A stretch of 64,000 bases of DNA from Eukaryota sp. TZLM1-RC (taxonomy: Eukaryota > Protista > Metamonada: BaSk clade): NCBI GenBank assembly GCA_040285825.1, contig JAUPSS010000016.1, positions 1-64,000 on the forward strand, written 5' to 3'. The stretch's first letter is position 1; each line of letters starts with the position of its first letter. Of the stretch, positions 48,590 to 60,889 are shown piece after piece. Position numbers and translations under genes: made by a program. The notes under the pieces were generated by a model that saw nothing but the letters and a program-made list of their open reading frames with translations, did no database searches and was not told the origin of the DNA.

Positions 48590-49035
48590 CCAAACTTAGA
48601 AATAAACATGAAAATAATCGCATCTCTCCCAGACCAAAACAACTGGATGCAACTCTCTCATAGTGTGACCCAAGAGAAAGCAAAGCATCAGAAACCATCT
48701 TCAACATCCCTTCAAAAATGTAAAACCCAATTCTATTTTGCCAAAACAATTTGATTACAATCTTTGAAAATGTGCCAAAACAGATAAAGCAATGGGAGCA
48801 AGTGAACCACATAGGGAAAATACAGATGAATACAACAGGTACATGCTGTTGGGTAGACAATTTAGACATAGGTTCACTCTATTAGGTTATTTTGAATTTT
48901 TTAGCATTTGAAAGAGGATTATGAATTTCAGAGATAGCTATCCCTTAGTTTTTTACTTGAGACATTACAACAATCATCATACATTACCACCACAAAACCG
49001 AAGGTTCCCCCTAATCCAGGTGAACTAACCTGGGA
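48590..49035 (-). mobile_element. RLE retrotransposon 3' fragment, same family as 25930-26490
   Basis: FWQNRIGFYIFEGMLKMVSDALLSLGSHYERVAS matches 26300-26405. Confidence 0.8.
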
Positions 49036-49039
49036 TGAC

Positions 49040-50943
49040 ATGATAGATTGAATAGTGGAGAGAGACAAACATACAGACAGATTGTCTAGTTGATCATTGC
49101 AAATCATTTCGTGAATTGACTGATAGAAACATTTGGAGATTTGAGGTGCTGGGCTGAGGGAAAGGTATATGGCCCCAGTGATGTTTGCCAATTTTGAGAA
49201 TAATTTGAAACTAAAATAAGAAAAACATATTAATCGATTTATCAATGTCTTTATTGACAAACCAAATTCGGGACATGTGTTAGCAGAAATGCACAAGCTG
49301 GGTGGATACTCAACGCCATTCTCTACCATTATTTCACTTTATAGATTTAGGCTTGGTCAATTCAAATACTTGCTTTTAGTTGATGATAGAGATTGCTTGA
49401 GTTCTTTGTGTCATCATCCTGAAAATATTTCAGACCTTCTGAATGATGAATTTTTCGATTTATGTGAACAACATGATATAAGAAATAGAGAACTTAGAGT
49501 CATGTTTGAAGGTCTTATTGAGCCATTCACTTGTCAAATTGAGAATTTGGTCACTGACGAGAATTTAGTTGATAACATATTTCCAGTGGATATACATTTT
49601 CTTGCAGACGCTGTAGAAACAGATCCTCAAGTATTCCTAACACCAGCAATTACAATTGCCCAATATTTCTCCAATAGAGAGAAAAAACCTTATCAAATTT
49701 CTCCTGTTTCAACCACTGTAGGCCCTGGATATTTTTTCATTGATACAAGAACAATATGGACAATTATTACACAAACATTGATGGACGATTTGTTGCCTAA
49801 TCAGAGATTAAAAATGGTTAATACACAAGCCCAAGTTCATAGATTCAAACCACCTCAGCAATTTGCCTTTTGGTTTAATATTCTAGATTTAAATCAACCA
49901 ATGTTCAAAAAGAAGAGCTATAAATTCAACAACATTATCCACACAGATGGATTTAATATTGCAGTAGAATTTGTTCGTCGGGATTTACAAGGTCAGAAAT
50001 GCAAGCCAGACAACAAGGTTAGTATTTCTGATATATATTGATGATGTTGATGTTGATACTTTTCAAGGCAGACGAATTGTTGTTTGTGATTCTGAAAAAC
50101 GTGATTTATTGTAGTTTGAGAGTAAAAAGACTGATGAAGAACTAGCCATGGTTCCTCAGAATGAAACTGAACAGCAAAGTAATAGTCGGGGTTACAAATG
50201 GTTGAGAATGACTCAGATGTCCTGGTCTTTGAAAAGTAGGATGAATGAAAAACAGAAACGATGGGCGACAAAGTATACTGAGGTAGATTACGACAGGAAC
50301 CAAATGATAGAGTCCAACGAAATGACAATTGAAGATGCAAACACCGAATTATCTGCGTTTGCTGCCAATTCAGCAACTTTTATAGATTTTTCCAACTTTG
50401 TTGTTGCCAAACTTTGGCAAGTTTTTTTGACAAACGACTTTTATAGTCTTGACTTGTGGAGCATTCATAAAATGCAAGCTTTTATTCACAAGCAAAAGAT
50501 TGAAAGTTGGTTGTTAAAAAGTCTTGTTCACCAGTTTGGCAACCCAAAAAACACTTTAATACTAATGGGTGATTATGGTAAAAACGGTTTTAAGAATTTG
50601 AAACATCAGAGACCTACTCGAGGCATTGAATGGATTCAATTTCTGAAAAGAAATGGATTTGAAGTATTGATGATTAATGAAGCTTTCACTTCAGCAAAAT
50701 GTCCTGTTTGTTTTGAAAAGGTTGCTACGTTTTTGAGAGTAACAAATCCCAGATCCTAGAAGAGAAAAGACTCCTGTTACTACATGTCATGGTTTATTAG
50801 CTTGCAATAGCGAGAGTTGCAAACTCAGTAACAAAGGCTCAACAAAGCTTTTCAATAGAAATAAGTTGGCTTGTCTGAATATGTTTGCAATTGCTGAAGC
50901 GAGGATGAGTGGTAATGAAAGGCCTCAGTATCTGTGTAGTTGA
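49040..50943 (+). pseudogene. Decayed Fanzor1-like gene, copy 2
   Basis: NFENNLK, FIDTRTI, FNNIIHTDG, VVCDSEKRDLL (RuvC-I), LMGDYG, INEAFTSAKCPVC (RuvC-II + Zn), NPR..CHGLLAC, FNRNKLACLNM..RPQYLC*. Contains stops and frameshifts. Confidence 0.85.
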
Positions 50944-51022
50944 TAGTTGTAATTATTCTACACGAAAATTGATCGTATTTATGGGAATTTCTTACCCCTT
51001 TTTCTTCAATCTTATTGACAAT

Positions 51023-53071
51023 ATGATCACCATCTCTTCTTTCCTTCAAACTCTGCTGCTCACAAGTACTGGTGACGTTTACCAATGGGGTGATGCTCGT
51101 TGTGCATTGATCCAATGTGACAATCGTGATGCTTTTCCAATTCCTGTCAAGCTTCCCTTATCCGATATAATCTCTGTCTCCACAAGTTCCACCCACAGCC
51201 TTGCACTATCTGCTGACAACCGAATCTATCAATGGGACGGTTCTTCATTTACACACCGTGATCCCTCATTCAAACTTAAACAAGTGTTTGCTGCTTCCGA
51301 ATACTCTCTAGCTCTCACTGCTGATGGTAACCTTGTCCACTGGCGTCTTGATTCACCCATATTACCCGTGGAAGGCCTAGATGATGTTTGTTTTGTAACC
51401 CTTGAGTGGAATGATTTTGTTGCAATTGATACTAACAATAGAGCATTTTTTGCAAGGTATTCAAACTTTGGTAAATTTAGAATTTCCACATTGAAAATTG
51501 AATTCAATGATTCTGAAATAATGGTGAATTCTTGTTCTTTAGGCGAGTCCTTTATTGCTTTTGTTGGAATTAACAATAAAGTTTATTTAATGACAAAGAA
51601 ACAAAATAAATTCCAGCCTGAACAATTTACCTGGTCAAATGCTTTTCTTGTAGATAACATTGATAATATCAAATCTGTTACTGCTATATACGATCAGTTC
51701 GTCGCTTTGGCTAATGATGGTAATGTTTATGGTTGGTCAGTGAAACCCTTCGCCTCACCATTATTTCTTTGGTCAGAACCTAGATTAATAAATTTTTTAT
51801 CAAATATTGAATCTATTTTTAGTGGTGTTGGGTGTCTATTTGCAGTTAAAATTAATTCTAATTCTGCTTTCGCTTGGGGGTTCAATTCAAAAGGACAATT
51901 AGGTACAGGTGATTTGATTGATGTACCTAGGCCAATTAATGTTTTTGGATCTGAAATTACTGGAATCAAGTCTTTGAAACAATCAAATTCAATATTTTTT
52001 GATTTAATCAGAACTATTTTCATCAAATATTTCAAATATTTGAATCAAATTTTTAATGGACATCCATATGTTATTGCTAGATTTAAAGCAAAGTTGTCAG
52101 TTAGCTCAAAATTTCGGCTACTCTGCACTGACATTGTTGAAAATTTCAATTCGCATGAGTATCTCAGAAATCCGAGTGATTTGTCACAATTAAGATCACC
52201 GATTGCCCACTTGGAAGTAACCAAAATTTTAGATGAAAATTTGGTTGAAAATAATACAAATGTCGAGGAAATCTTTTTAAACACCAATGATTTATCTCTT
52301 TTCAATCAATTCTTACCTCTATTTCCAAATCTCAATACCCTTTCAATAACCTCTACCCAAAGTAATTCCAAAAGAAACATACTAAACTTGGGTAGGTTGA
52401 CCCCAATTAGGAATCTATTTTTAGACTGGGGATTAATCTCAACCATTGGTTCACTTCCACCTTTACTTTCAAAGTTGGTTTTTAAGCCGCCTACACTAAG
52501 TGTGATTTTTAGCTTGTCATTTGGGGAACAGGAAAATTTAAAACACTTGGAGATTTCTGCAATTGTGTATGATTTTCCTTCATTACCCACTTCACTAGTG
52601 AAGTTATCAGTTGCCTCATTTACCAGAATCAGCACGGTGGATTTCAGTAATTTAGTCAATTTAAAGGAGTTGTCAATTACTCATAGCACTCTTTCCAAAA
52701 GAATTGTTCAAGGTAGAATTAATTTACCACCATCTATTACCAAACTACAACTTCAATCTGATTATTTAGAATTTGGCAAGTCTTTTTTCTTACCAAATTT
52801 GAAAGAGTTTGTCTTGAAAACAGTTTGTGTGGATAATTTTAATGTCAATAATTTTCCAAAATTAAACTTTATTTGCTTTAATGAACTTGAATCTAGGCAA
52901 AATTTCGAATGTTCTGCACTTTGTCCTTCACTTCTTTATGAATCAGGTTTGATTGAGTCCTTCTACAGGGTAAAAGGAGGGAATATGGTGAAACTGAAAT
53001 CAAATATTTGGATTTATTACCCTTTTTGTGTAAGTTTTGAGTTTTTTAATAATTTATTTGAGTTTGAATAA
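51023..53071 (+). CDS. RCC1-repeat + LRR protein, paralogue of 37307-39568
   Basis: AWGFNSKGQLGTGDLIDVPRPINVFGSEI, HPYVIARF, LPTSLVKL. ATG at 51023 preferred over the track's non-ATG start at 50909. Confidence 0.87.
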   Translation: MITISSFLQTLLLTSTGDVYQWGDARCALIQCDNRDAFPIPVKLPLSDIISVSTSSTHSLALSADNRIYQWDGSSFTHRDPSFKLKQVFAASEYSLALTADGNLVHWRLDSPILPVEGLDDVCFVTLEWNDFVAIDTNNRAFFARYSNFGKFRISTLKIEFNDSEIMVNSCSLGESFIAFVGINNKVYLMTKKQNKFQPEQFTWSNAFLVDNIDNIKSVTAIYDQFVALANDGNVYGWSVKPFASPLFLWSEPRLINFLSNIESIFSGVGCLFAVKINSNSAFAWGFNSKGQLGTGDLIDVPRPINVFGSEITGIKSLKQSNSIFFDLIRTIFIKYFKYLNQIFNGHPYVIARFKAKLSVSSKFRLLCTDIVENFNSHEYLRNPSDLSQLRSPIAHLEVTKILDENLVENNTNVEEIFLNTNDLSLFNQFLPLFPNLNTLSITSTQSNSKRNILNLGRLTPIRNLFLDWGLISTIGSLPPLLSKLVFKPPTLSVIFSLSFGEQENLKHLEISAIVYDFPSLPTSLVKLSVASFTRISTVDFSNLVNLKELSITHSTLSKRIVQGRINLPPSITKLQLQSDYLEFGKSFFLPNLKEFVLKTVCVDNFNVNNFPKLNFICFNELESRQNFECSALCPSLLYESGLIESFYRVKGGNMVKLKSNIWIYYPFCVSFEFFNNLFEFE

Positions 53072-54116
53072 ATAATTTTTATCTACTGTTGTCTACTGTT
53101 TTGAAGGGTATTAAAAAAGTCTATCGTCGCCAATTTTTTGCTCAACAAATCTGAACCAATATGTCTAACAGAAAACACTGTTAAGCATAATAATAGGCTT
53201 TCGAACCAAAAATCTTGATGTCTTTGATCTTTGAAAACTTCTTCTTATCTTCACCAAAACTACCGAAATTGAGTTATTCAAACTTATTTTGGTAACTCTG
53301 ACGAACAGCGTTAATTATTATTTTATTTTATTTTCTGTATATTTACAGTGTGTAACCAGAATTTGTAACTAGAGTCAGTTACAACATGTTCCTTTACACT
53401 GCTCCTTGAATACAATAGAAGAACATTGTACTATCAATCACTTTGTAAAAATGTTCAATTTCAAAATGTGATTCACAATGATATCCGGCGAATTCAGGAT
53501 TTATCAAAGAAATACAATTTACAAAAAGAAAATGAAAATTAAACAATTGGTTGTAAACACAATATAATATTAAAACTTTAATATTCATTCATTAAATCTT
53601 TGATTGAATTCAATTTGCTTAGTGCAAGCGTCATTGACTTTTTATTGATCAGTTTGAACAGTGGTCTCATGCAAACAAATTTTTTTATTTATACAGAAGC
53701 GAATTCAGAACCATTATCACAGCAATGCAACAGCAAACTGACGTAAAGCTTGTAACAGTAACAAGAACTCGAAATGGAGGTATCAAGTTCAAGCTATTGT
53801 TGCGCTGAGCATTTCCAGGTTAGATTGGTCCAACCTGATTGAACCATCATGAATTGTTGGTTCAGACGAATTAGGAAACCAACAGGTGGTTCGGAGGAAA
53901 TTAATGCTGCAATCAGTAAATAATTTAATCAATCAGGCAAATAAAAATGAAAGCAAATCTATATATCAACACGATAATGGTGGAAATACCTTTATTCAAA
54001 GATAATGGTATTTGAATATTTCTGAATGACTCCCATCAAGTCAAAACAAAAAAATCTAATCTTAAATAATGTCAGCACATTCTTAAATACCAATCAATCA
54101 GATCCAATCAATCACG

Positions 54117-55340
54117 CTATTGATTGTCCATCAATTCAAAGTACTTATCATGTTCTTCCTCGGTCATTTTCTCTTCATCAGCTTCTGTAACATCAGAGAG
54201 TAATTTTCTAATTCCGGCAACTGTGACATATACCTTCTCCTCTTCTTCGTCTGCAGGCAAAGCTACTCCTTGGCTTCCGTTGACAAGTGAAGACTGCTTC
54301 TGTACATACTCATCTAGATAAGATTGATGATCTGTACGATGGACTGGTACTGAAAGCGAACTACTGGTTCCCTCTGACGGTTCAATCTCCACACGTTCTT
54401 GCCCTTGTTGTTCTGTCCATGATGGCATTGAGGGTGCAGCAGGTGTTGGAATAGCAGGGGTTCCTTGGCCATCGAGCACTAACACATTGAATTTCAACCC
54501 TCCAGTGGAATTCAGTGACGCTCCACCACTTCTACGTCCTCCTCCTCCCCTCCTCGACCCTCTACCCCCAAACCTAGACCCCATGCTTGCCTCTTGCTTT
54601 AGAACAGTGTACTCAGCTTGCGACATGACTTTATCTGCATTTCGTCTGTCTTCCTTTGATATCTTTATCTTATGGCACTCATCCAAAAGATCTTTTATGG
54701 GTTTCAGCTCCCTCTCCACTTTCTGCTGTAATGTCCTCCATTTATCTGTTTGCTTCATGCTATCTCTTTCTTTCAAAGGATAATTGCACCTTTCACAATG
54801 GAATTGAAATGTCTGATAGTTGATTAGACGTTGTACCTCTAGAGTTGTATACGTTGTACCACAGTCAGGACCCCTGCATTCATATTGTATATCATCTTTG
54901 AGCCCTTGTAGTTCTTTATCTATTTTGTTTTCAATAAAGGCTATTTTGTATCTTATTGTGTCTACAAATTGTTTCCAGTCTATATAATAATATGATCGTT
55001 TTCCACCATGCCCCCTTGGCAACTTCACCTCTTCTTTACTTACAAGTCGAACAGAAACTAATTGGTTAAGATTTTCCCGTAGAATGGATGCTGGAATTTG
55101 CATAACATCTGCAAGTTCTTCATCATGGACGGTTCCACAGCGCAGGAGAGCATCAAGCATTATGTACACATTGGGGTCATGAGAGTAAAAAGCTCGACCC
55201 ACAAGCCGAGCAAGCTTGATGAGAGGGTTTGAGGAGGGAAAGTCAGGAGCTTTGCCTTTGGGGAGAGGAGCAATAGTTGGTAGGTTTTGGGCGCTTTCAA
55301 CATCAAGTTTGATGTCAAAGCCGCTAGAGGTGCGCTGCAT
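54117..55340 (-). CDS. TFA1: Transcription initiation factor TFIIE alpha subunit
   Basis: Winged helix (LVGRAFY..LDAL..EELA..YYYIDW), Zn ribbon (YEC..C..Y..LE..FHCERC), acidic C-terminal VTVAG..DVT..MT.EE..Y. Confidence 0.93.
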   Translation of the reverse strand: MQRTSSGFDIKLDVESAQNLPTIAPLPKGKAPDFPSSNPLIKLARLVGRAFYSHDPNVYIMLDALLRCGTVHDEELADVMQIPASILRENLNQLVSVRLVSKEEVKLPRGHGGKRSYYYIDWKQFVDTIRYKIAFIENKIDKELQGLKDDIQYECRGPDCGTTYTTLEVQRLINYQTFQFHCERCNYPLKERDSMKQTDKWRTLQQKVERELKPIKDLLDECHKIKISKEDRRNADKVMSQAEYTVLKQEASMGSRFGGRGSRRGGGGRRSGGASLNSTGGLKFNVLVLDGQGTPAIPTPAAPSMPSWTEQQGQERVEIEPSEGTSSSLSVPVHRTDHQSYLDEYVQKQSSLVNGSQGVALPADEEEEKVYVTVAGIRKLLSDVTEADEEKMTEEEHDKYFELMDNQ

Positions 55341-55400
55341 GTCGAACAGGAAACTTTGTGGAAGAGACTGTTAGGTAATACAAAATAATTTGTTTTTAAA

Positions 55401-55463
55401 CATAGTTGAAGATTACAATGAACAGCCTTTTGCCATGACGTTATGACGTAATCTTCAACTATG
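55401..55463. mobile_element. 63-bp element with perfect 16-bp TIRs and 8-bp TSD (hAT- or P-like)
   Basis: TTTTTAAA|CATAGTTGAAGATTAC...GTAATCTTCAACTATG|TTTTTAAA. Confidence 0.75.
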
Positions 55464-55734
55464 TTTTTAAACAGTGAATTTATTGAAATTCTTCTATTCT
55501 TACTTCATGTGCTTATATTGGTGGATGCAGAAATGCAATATTTGAGTTTTCTGATTGGACACAAGAATCCGCTGTCTGTTGCCACAAATTCTTAAATTGA
55601 TTAATATTAAGCAAAGTTGCTATCCTTGAATGCTGAATCTCACACTCATTATGTCCTTTGTTCATTTGTTTTTTCCTGACATGGTACGCTTGACTCACTT
55701 GCTCTATCTTTTTTGGACCATTTTGTTGAAACAA

Positions 55735-55910
55735 CGCACAGGAAGAATTTTTGACAAAACATTTTGACAGAACAGAATTGTATTTTGAATTTTTAAAGGT
55801 GTTGTCCCCTTATTGTCTTCTGTTTTATTATCTCTTGGTCGCTTTTATGAAATAAAACTTCCAGTCAATTCTTTTTGGCTGATTTGGGGTATGAAGATTT
55901 AGCATTTTAA
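55735..55910 (+). mobile_element. Short RLE 3'-end fragment
   Basis: GRIFDKTF*QNRIVF*IFKG..LLSLGRFYE. Confidence 0.6.
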
Positions 55911-55949
55911 ATTTGTTGTTTAGTTCTTCAATGGAATAAATAATAACTT

Positions 55950-58150
55950 TAATTTATTGAACATGTACACTTAATAAAATTAACTGATAACTAATGGGAC
56001 GACTATCATTGAACCAAGATTTCCTCTACAAAATCTTGATCTGCTTGCTGTCTAGCTAAAGCTTCTCTAATTCGATTGAAAAACCAAGGAAATCTATTAA
56101 TAATGGCAAACTGAATCCGAGAACGCCATAAATGTTGTTGTTACTGATTAACTATCTTGCTAGACAGATGAGAAATTTACATGATGACGTGGTACTTGTT
56201 CAAAAACAAGTATTTCTATTAATAAATCTCTTTTTTCTCTCTTCACTTCTTTGGTATTTCTGCCTAACGGCATCAATAATTATTGGCCCTCATTGCAGAT
56301 GAAATCTACACACGTACCACATCCGTCCTTGCTTCTATGGAAGTGGATGATGTTCTGTTGTTCCTACAACAGTGAAAGGTGTACTCTTCTGTTACACCGA
56401 AAAAGGACCTTGTTCCAGCAAGGCTCCTCGTTGACCCCTTCTTGTTAGAACCATTGGTTCTCACAAGACCTGGGGTCGATTCATCCGATGAGGTGTTTCT
56501 GGATCATTTAAGATCCTCCACCTTGTTTTCCTCGTACGAGGAATTCAACTTGGTGATGTCTGAGTTGAAGGTTGATGTCCGTAAGGGCGACGTCCGTGAA
56601 CGTATGTCCTGCTACCTGAGACGTTTTCTTCAGGCGAAAAGCAGGGCTTCCGGACTGAAACTGCCTGACTCAGCCTTCATGATCAGATTCGCCAAGGGTA
56701 TTCTTCCATTAGGACTGCAGAAATCTCTGATTTCTCGAATTCGGGAGGTATTCCCCGATTTTCCTAACATTGGTAAATACCGCAGAGGATGAACTACTTG
56801 ATTGCACGGGAGTAGCTTCTTGGAACAGGTCTTCAAAGACTGTTTCTGAAAATACCGACTCTGTGCGTCAAGCTGGTATGAAGTCTCGTTCATCCCATAG
56901 GTCTCGCAATTTGACTGAAGGGACATGTTTCAAATGTCACCAGAAAGGTCATCTAGCTCGTGATTGCCCCTCAAAAGTTAAGCACGAAGTCAATCATTTA
57001 CGCCACGTGCCTCAGTATCTCACAAATCCCCTTTCTTCATTATGCTAAATGGTTCACGAAACTGTTGAAAGAAAATGGGAAGAAGTAGTGTTGTTGTTAC
57101 TGATTAACTATCTTGCTAGACAGATGAGAAATTTACATGATGACGTGGTACTTGTTCAAAAACAAGTATTTCTATTAATAAATCTCTTTTTTCTCTCTTT
57201 ACTTCTTTGGTATTTCTGCCTAACGGCATCATAAACAAATATTAAATCTTTTCATTGTTTTTTCTTGAGCCATTTTTTGGAAGTCATTCAAAAAAGTTTC
57301 TGCTTCTGCTGATAGTCTTCTGTTTATCAAAGATGGGAAAGCAATAAAAACTAGTGGTGTATTTCTACCAGCAATAGCCTCTTCGATATCTTTGTCATAT
57401 TTTCTACGTTTTTCTTTAGCTTTAAATTCAAGAGCATCTACAGGATTAAGTTTTCTTTTTTGAACCAAGATGTCATTTGCAACATTACATGAGACAAAGG
57501 CAACAACAGCTTCAGAGTTATCAATCCAATCACAATATACATCACCTCTATCGTCAAAACCAAAATTACATAATGAAAGTGTTTCCTTCAGCAGGGGCTC
57601 TTTGAAACACGAAATTCTTGCAGTTTGTGCCTTATTAAAAACAGTGTCTCTAACAGCATCATGTAATGAAGAACGATAAGTTATCAACTTCGAACAATTC
57701 AGAGCATGTCGCAAAGTGAGCTGAGGTGAATTCGAACAAATACATTTTTCTTTTAATAATAATTCATTAATGGGGATATTCAAATATAATCTCATTTTTG
57801 TTACAAACGCGTCATTAGTGGCTAACAGTCCAAATCTTCTTGGTACAATGGTTACAAACAGTGAAGAATGTGATGACTGGTTTTCACAAACACCCTTTTC
57901 CAATAACAATGAGTGAAGATCTTGATTTAAAACAGCCGAGCTGCATATATTACTATAAAGATTATTTCATACATTCCAGTCAATCGTTTCTGTAATGTTC
58001 GAAGAGTGTAGTCTTTATTTAAAAGATTCTTTTCCGGAATATTGCCATTGAATGATTGGGGAACGCATCGACTCCATTTTTCTACATCAAATTTTCGAAA
58101 TGTCATCATTTAATGTAAAAACAGTGGAACTTTGGGTCAATAAATCAATA
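55950..58150 (-). mobile_element. RLE retrotransposon interrupted by the gag-only LTR element
   Basis: CICS..HALNC..HDAVRD..RGD..KRRKY. The frame KRFNICL|WRSRIQFAI rejoins across the insertion; stop at 56006. Confidence 0.85.
56133..57231 (+). mobile_element. Non-autonomous gag-only LTR element (1,099 bp)
   Basis: 143-bp TG..CA LTRs (56133-56275, 57089-57231, 1 difference), TAAA TSD, Gag-like ORF with CFKCHQKGHLARDC, PPT, no pol. Confidence 0.92.
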
Positions 58151-58620
58151 AATCATCCCAATCTCACATCAGTAATGATAGTGCTCCAATCAAGTCCTTC
58201 AAGCATTAAATCACCTCTATTAAGACCAAAAGAATTCGAAGTATCTTTATCAACTAAACGAAAGAGTAACGGTTCTAAATAGGAAACAATTCTCTGTGAT
58301 TTAGACATACAATAGAGGTGATCCCTAACTGCATCATTTACCTTTGATCGAAAAGTGATAAAGTGTTGACAGTTGAACAGATGATTTGGAGAGATTTTTG
58401 ATCCACATTTGCAAATCACATTATGAGGAACGTTTTTGGGCCAAATAAAACATCGAAGGCGCATTGAACAAGAAAATGTGGTATCATCTAAAAGAAGACC
58501 ATAAATTTGAGGAATTTTGAGGAATTATACAAGAAGAAGAACTATTTTGGACATTTAACAAAAAATTTGCGAAGACGGGATTATCATTTTTGGCCTGGCC
58601 AAGAGAATACAAAATAATTG
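58150..58620 (-). mobile_element. RLE retrotransposon fragment
   Basis: MRLRCF..CKCG..HLFNC..DAVRD..EPLL..RGDL..TDV. Confidence 0.8.
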
Positions 58621-59559
58621 GCTCTTTTCCATTATGTTTTCATTGATCCACATTCCTCTGCAAACCATAAGTATGTGAAATAAGTAATAGTTAAAATTAT
58701 AGTTTTGAGGTAGGTAGACAATGAAGATTACAATCTGGAACTAAAGGAAGATCATCAGGAGTTGCAAATCTGATAGAAACCATTTAAAAGACCTACTTCT
58801 ATGGTACTAGAAGCACAAAACACTTATTATAGAAGCATAAACAAGTCATATCATGATTGTGTAATGGAACTGTCAATTGACCAATTTAATGCATGACCAA
58901 TTGGTCGACAGGACTTTCCAGATTGGAGATGTATGGTGATGTGATTTGGCACTATCTTTCAGAAGTTTAAACAAGTGAAGAAGAAGAGTCGCAAGCTCCG
59001 GTAACAGTAACAGTTGAAGGGAAATCGAGCTGATCCTGTTGACCACTAATAGAGATACATTGAATAGGCATTTGATACCATTGTGGAAATGAGCAAGCAA
59101 TTTGAAATTGCAATCAGCATGTCAGACATCGTGTCAGACAGCGAGATTATCTTGACTCTTCCCATTCTTCTAACATCATGCAGCAAAACGAGAAAAAGGA
59201 TAACGAGGTTACGGACCCGGTTCCCACCTCCTCCTTCAACCTGTTCTTCACAGAACAGCAGAGTACTTCCTCCCGAACTCCTCAGTCAGGAACAGTAATC
59301 CTGCTGAACAGGAATAAACGGAAAGTCAGAGCCTCGATTTCCTATTGGAATCGTCGTTCTGATTCTTCCGTGGGGCTAGAGTATTGCACTTTTTCCAGTC
59401 ATCATGTGAGTCATGACATGGGTGTTGTTGAATCAGACATGGTGATAATCACCTTGGATATAGGATGTTTCTTTTGTTTATGTTTTGTTTTGAATTGTTA
59501 TTTTGATGTATTTTCCATTATCTCATATCCTGCGTTCATCCACACCGTCAATGTCTCTT

Positions 59560-60880
59560 GAATTTTGCAAAAATTTCAACGAGTTAAGAACCAAATTTTT
59601 GGCTAATTTGCTTGATATTGATTCTTCTTTTTCACATAGTCATTTTGTTGTAGCACAGAATCAGGAGGCCTAAATTTTCCCAAATTTAAATTTTTGTGTA
59701 ACGCTACATTTATTGGTGGAGGCAAAAATTTCATTTTTGAATTTTTGAAACGTTTTCCTGAAAACCAGCATTCAATAGAATCTTGTGTTAGTGATTAGTG
59801 TTTGGTGTCTTTGCAGAATGAAAGCGGATGCCTCTCTCCTCAAATATGGTCCAAATGCTTTCCTACTGATATTCAAGAAATTCCACCCAGAAGTTTGGTT
59901 TCTTTAAGATTTGCATACGCAAAATTGCTGAAAAAATACTAAAAGTTTTTGAAAACTTGGATTTTACTGTACGTGTTAGCTTGGCTAACGCAAAGAATCC
60001 CGTTTTTGCCAACTTTTTGATTGATCTTAAGGAAAGTAGTTCAAATTGTCTCATTTCCCAAATCCCAAATTTTTTCGGTCTATCGTTAAATGACCATCAA
60101 TGGACAACTGCCTTAAGAATGAGGTGTTTTTTGGCCGTGCAGTGTGCCAAATGATTTGATTTGTCGTTGTGGTCAGCTTATCAATCTGAATCATTTATTC
60201 AATTGTAAATTTAATATTACATATCGCTCAGTTGTTCAAGAAGCTGTTAGAGACCAACTATATGCTATGTGCAAAAGTGACCACCTTGAAGCTTTTGTTG
60301 AAACTCTTGTGCGTAAGTTGTCACCTGAAAATGAAGATGAAAAACTTTTGGGAAACGCCGTGCTGACTTAATTACACCTGGGTCTGATGGTGTGATCAAA
60401 GTTGTTGATGTTGTCACTGTTGATGTTTGTAAGGATTCAGCAATTAGTTCTGCTAAAAAAGATGAAACTCCACTTTGCTTTGCTGAAAAGAGCAAAATCA
60501 AAAAGTACAATGAACCCTTATCTCAGCTAGGACGTGTTGAGCATGTCAGGTATCAGTTGGTTCCATTTGCTGTTTCTCTTTTTGGTAACATTGGAATATC
60601 TGGCATTAAATTTCTTGAAGGTTTCAGAAGTTTAATAAAAGAAAGAGCAGGAAAAGAATTGAACTTCAATTTCTGGCACAATAGAATTGTTTTCAGTATT
60701 CTTACAGCAATTCCAGAAATGCTGACCAAAGCACTGTTACAATTAGGAATAGAGTATGAAAATGGCGCGGTTAAAAGATTTGATGATGTTGATGCGTGTA
60801 TTGAGGATATTGAGTTCTAGTTTTTTTTAATGTTTTGTTAGCGTTGAAAATAAGAATAAATTTTTAAAAAATAATAAATT
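59560..60880 (+). mobile_element. 5'-truncated RLE retrotransposon (array member 1)
   Basis: CRCG..HLFNC, VDVVTVD, KIKKY, VPFAVSLFG, FWHNRIVF; A-rich tail. Confidence 0.85.
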
Positions 60881-60889
60881 TATCACTTA

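Noticed and set aside
49040-50943. TAA/TAG reassignment explaining in-frame stops in Fanzor and TE ORFs
   Set aside because: Conserved genes (nagB, TFIIE-alpha, RCC1-LRR) end in TAG or TAA and long ORFs have no internal TAR, so the stops reflect decay.
50909-51022. Fanzor-RCC1 fusion or N-terminal extension suggested by the track ORF
   Set aside because: Non-ATG start in a different frame from the Fanzor C-terminus, which has its own stop at 50941-50943.
58630-59560. Higher-GC coding-like stretch between RLE clusters
   Set aside because: Only short ORFs with no identifiable motif.
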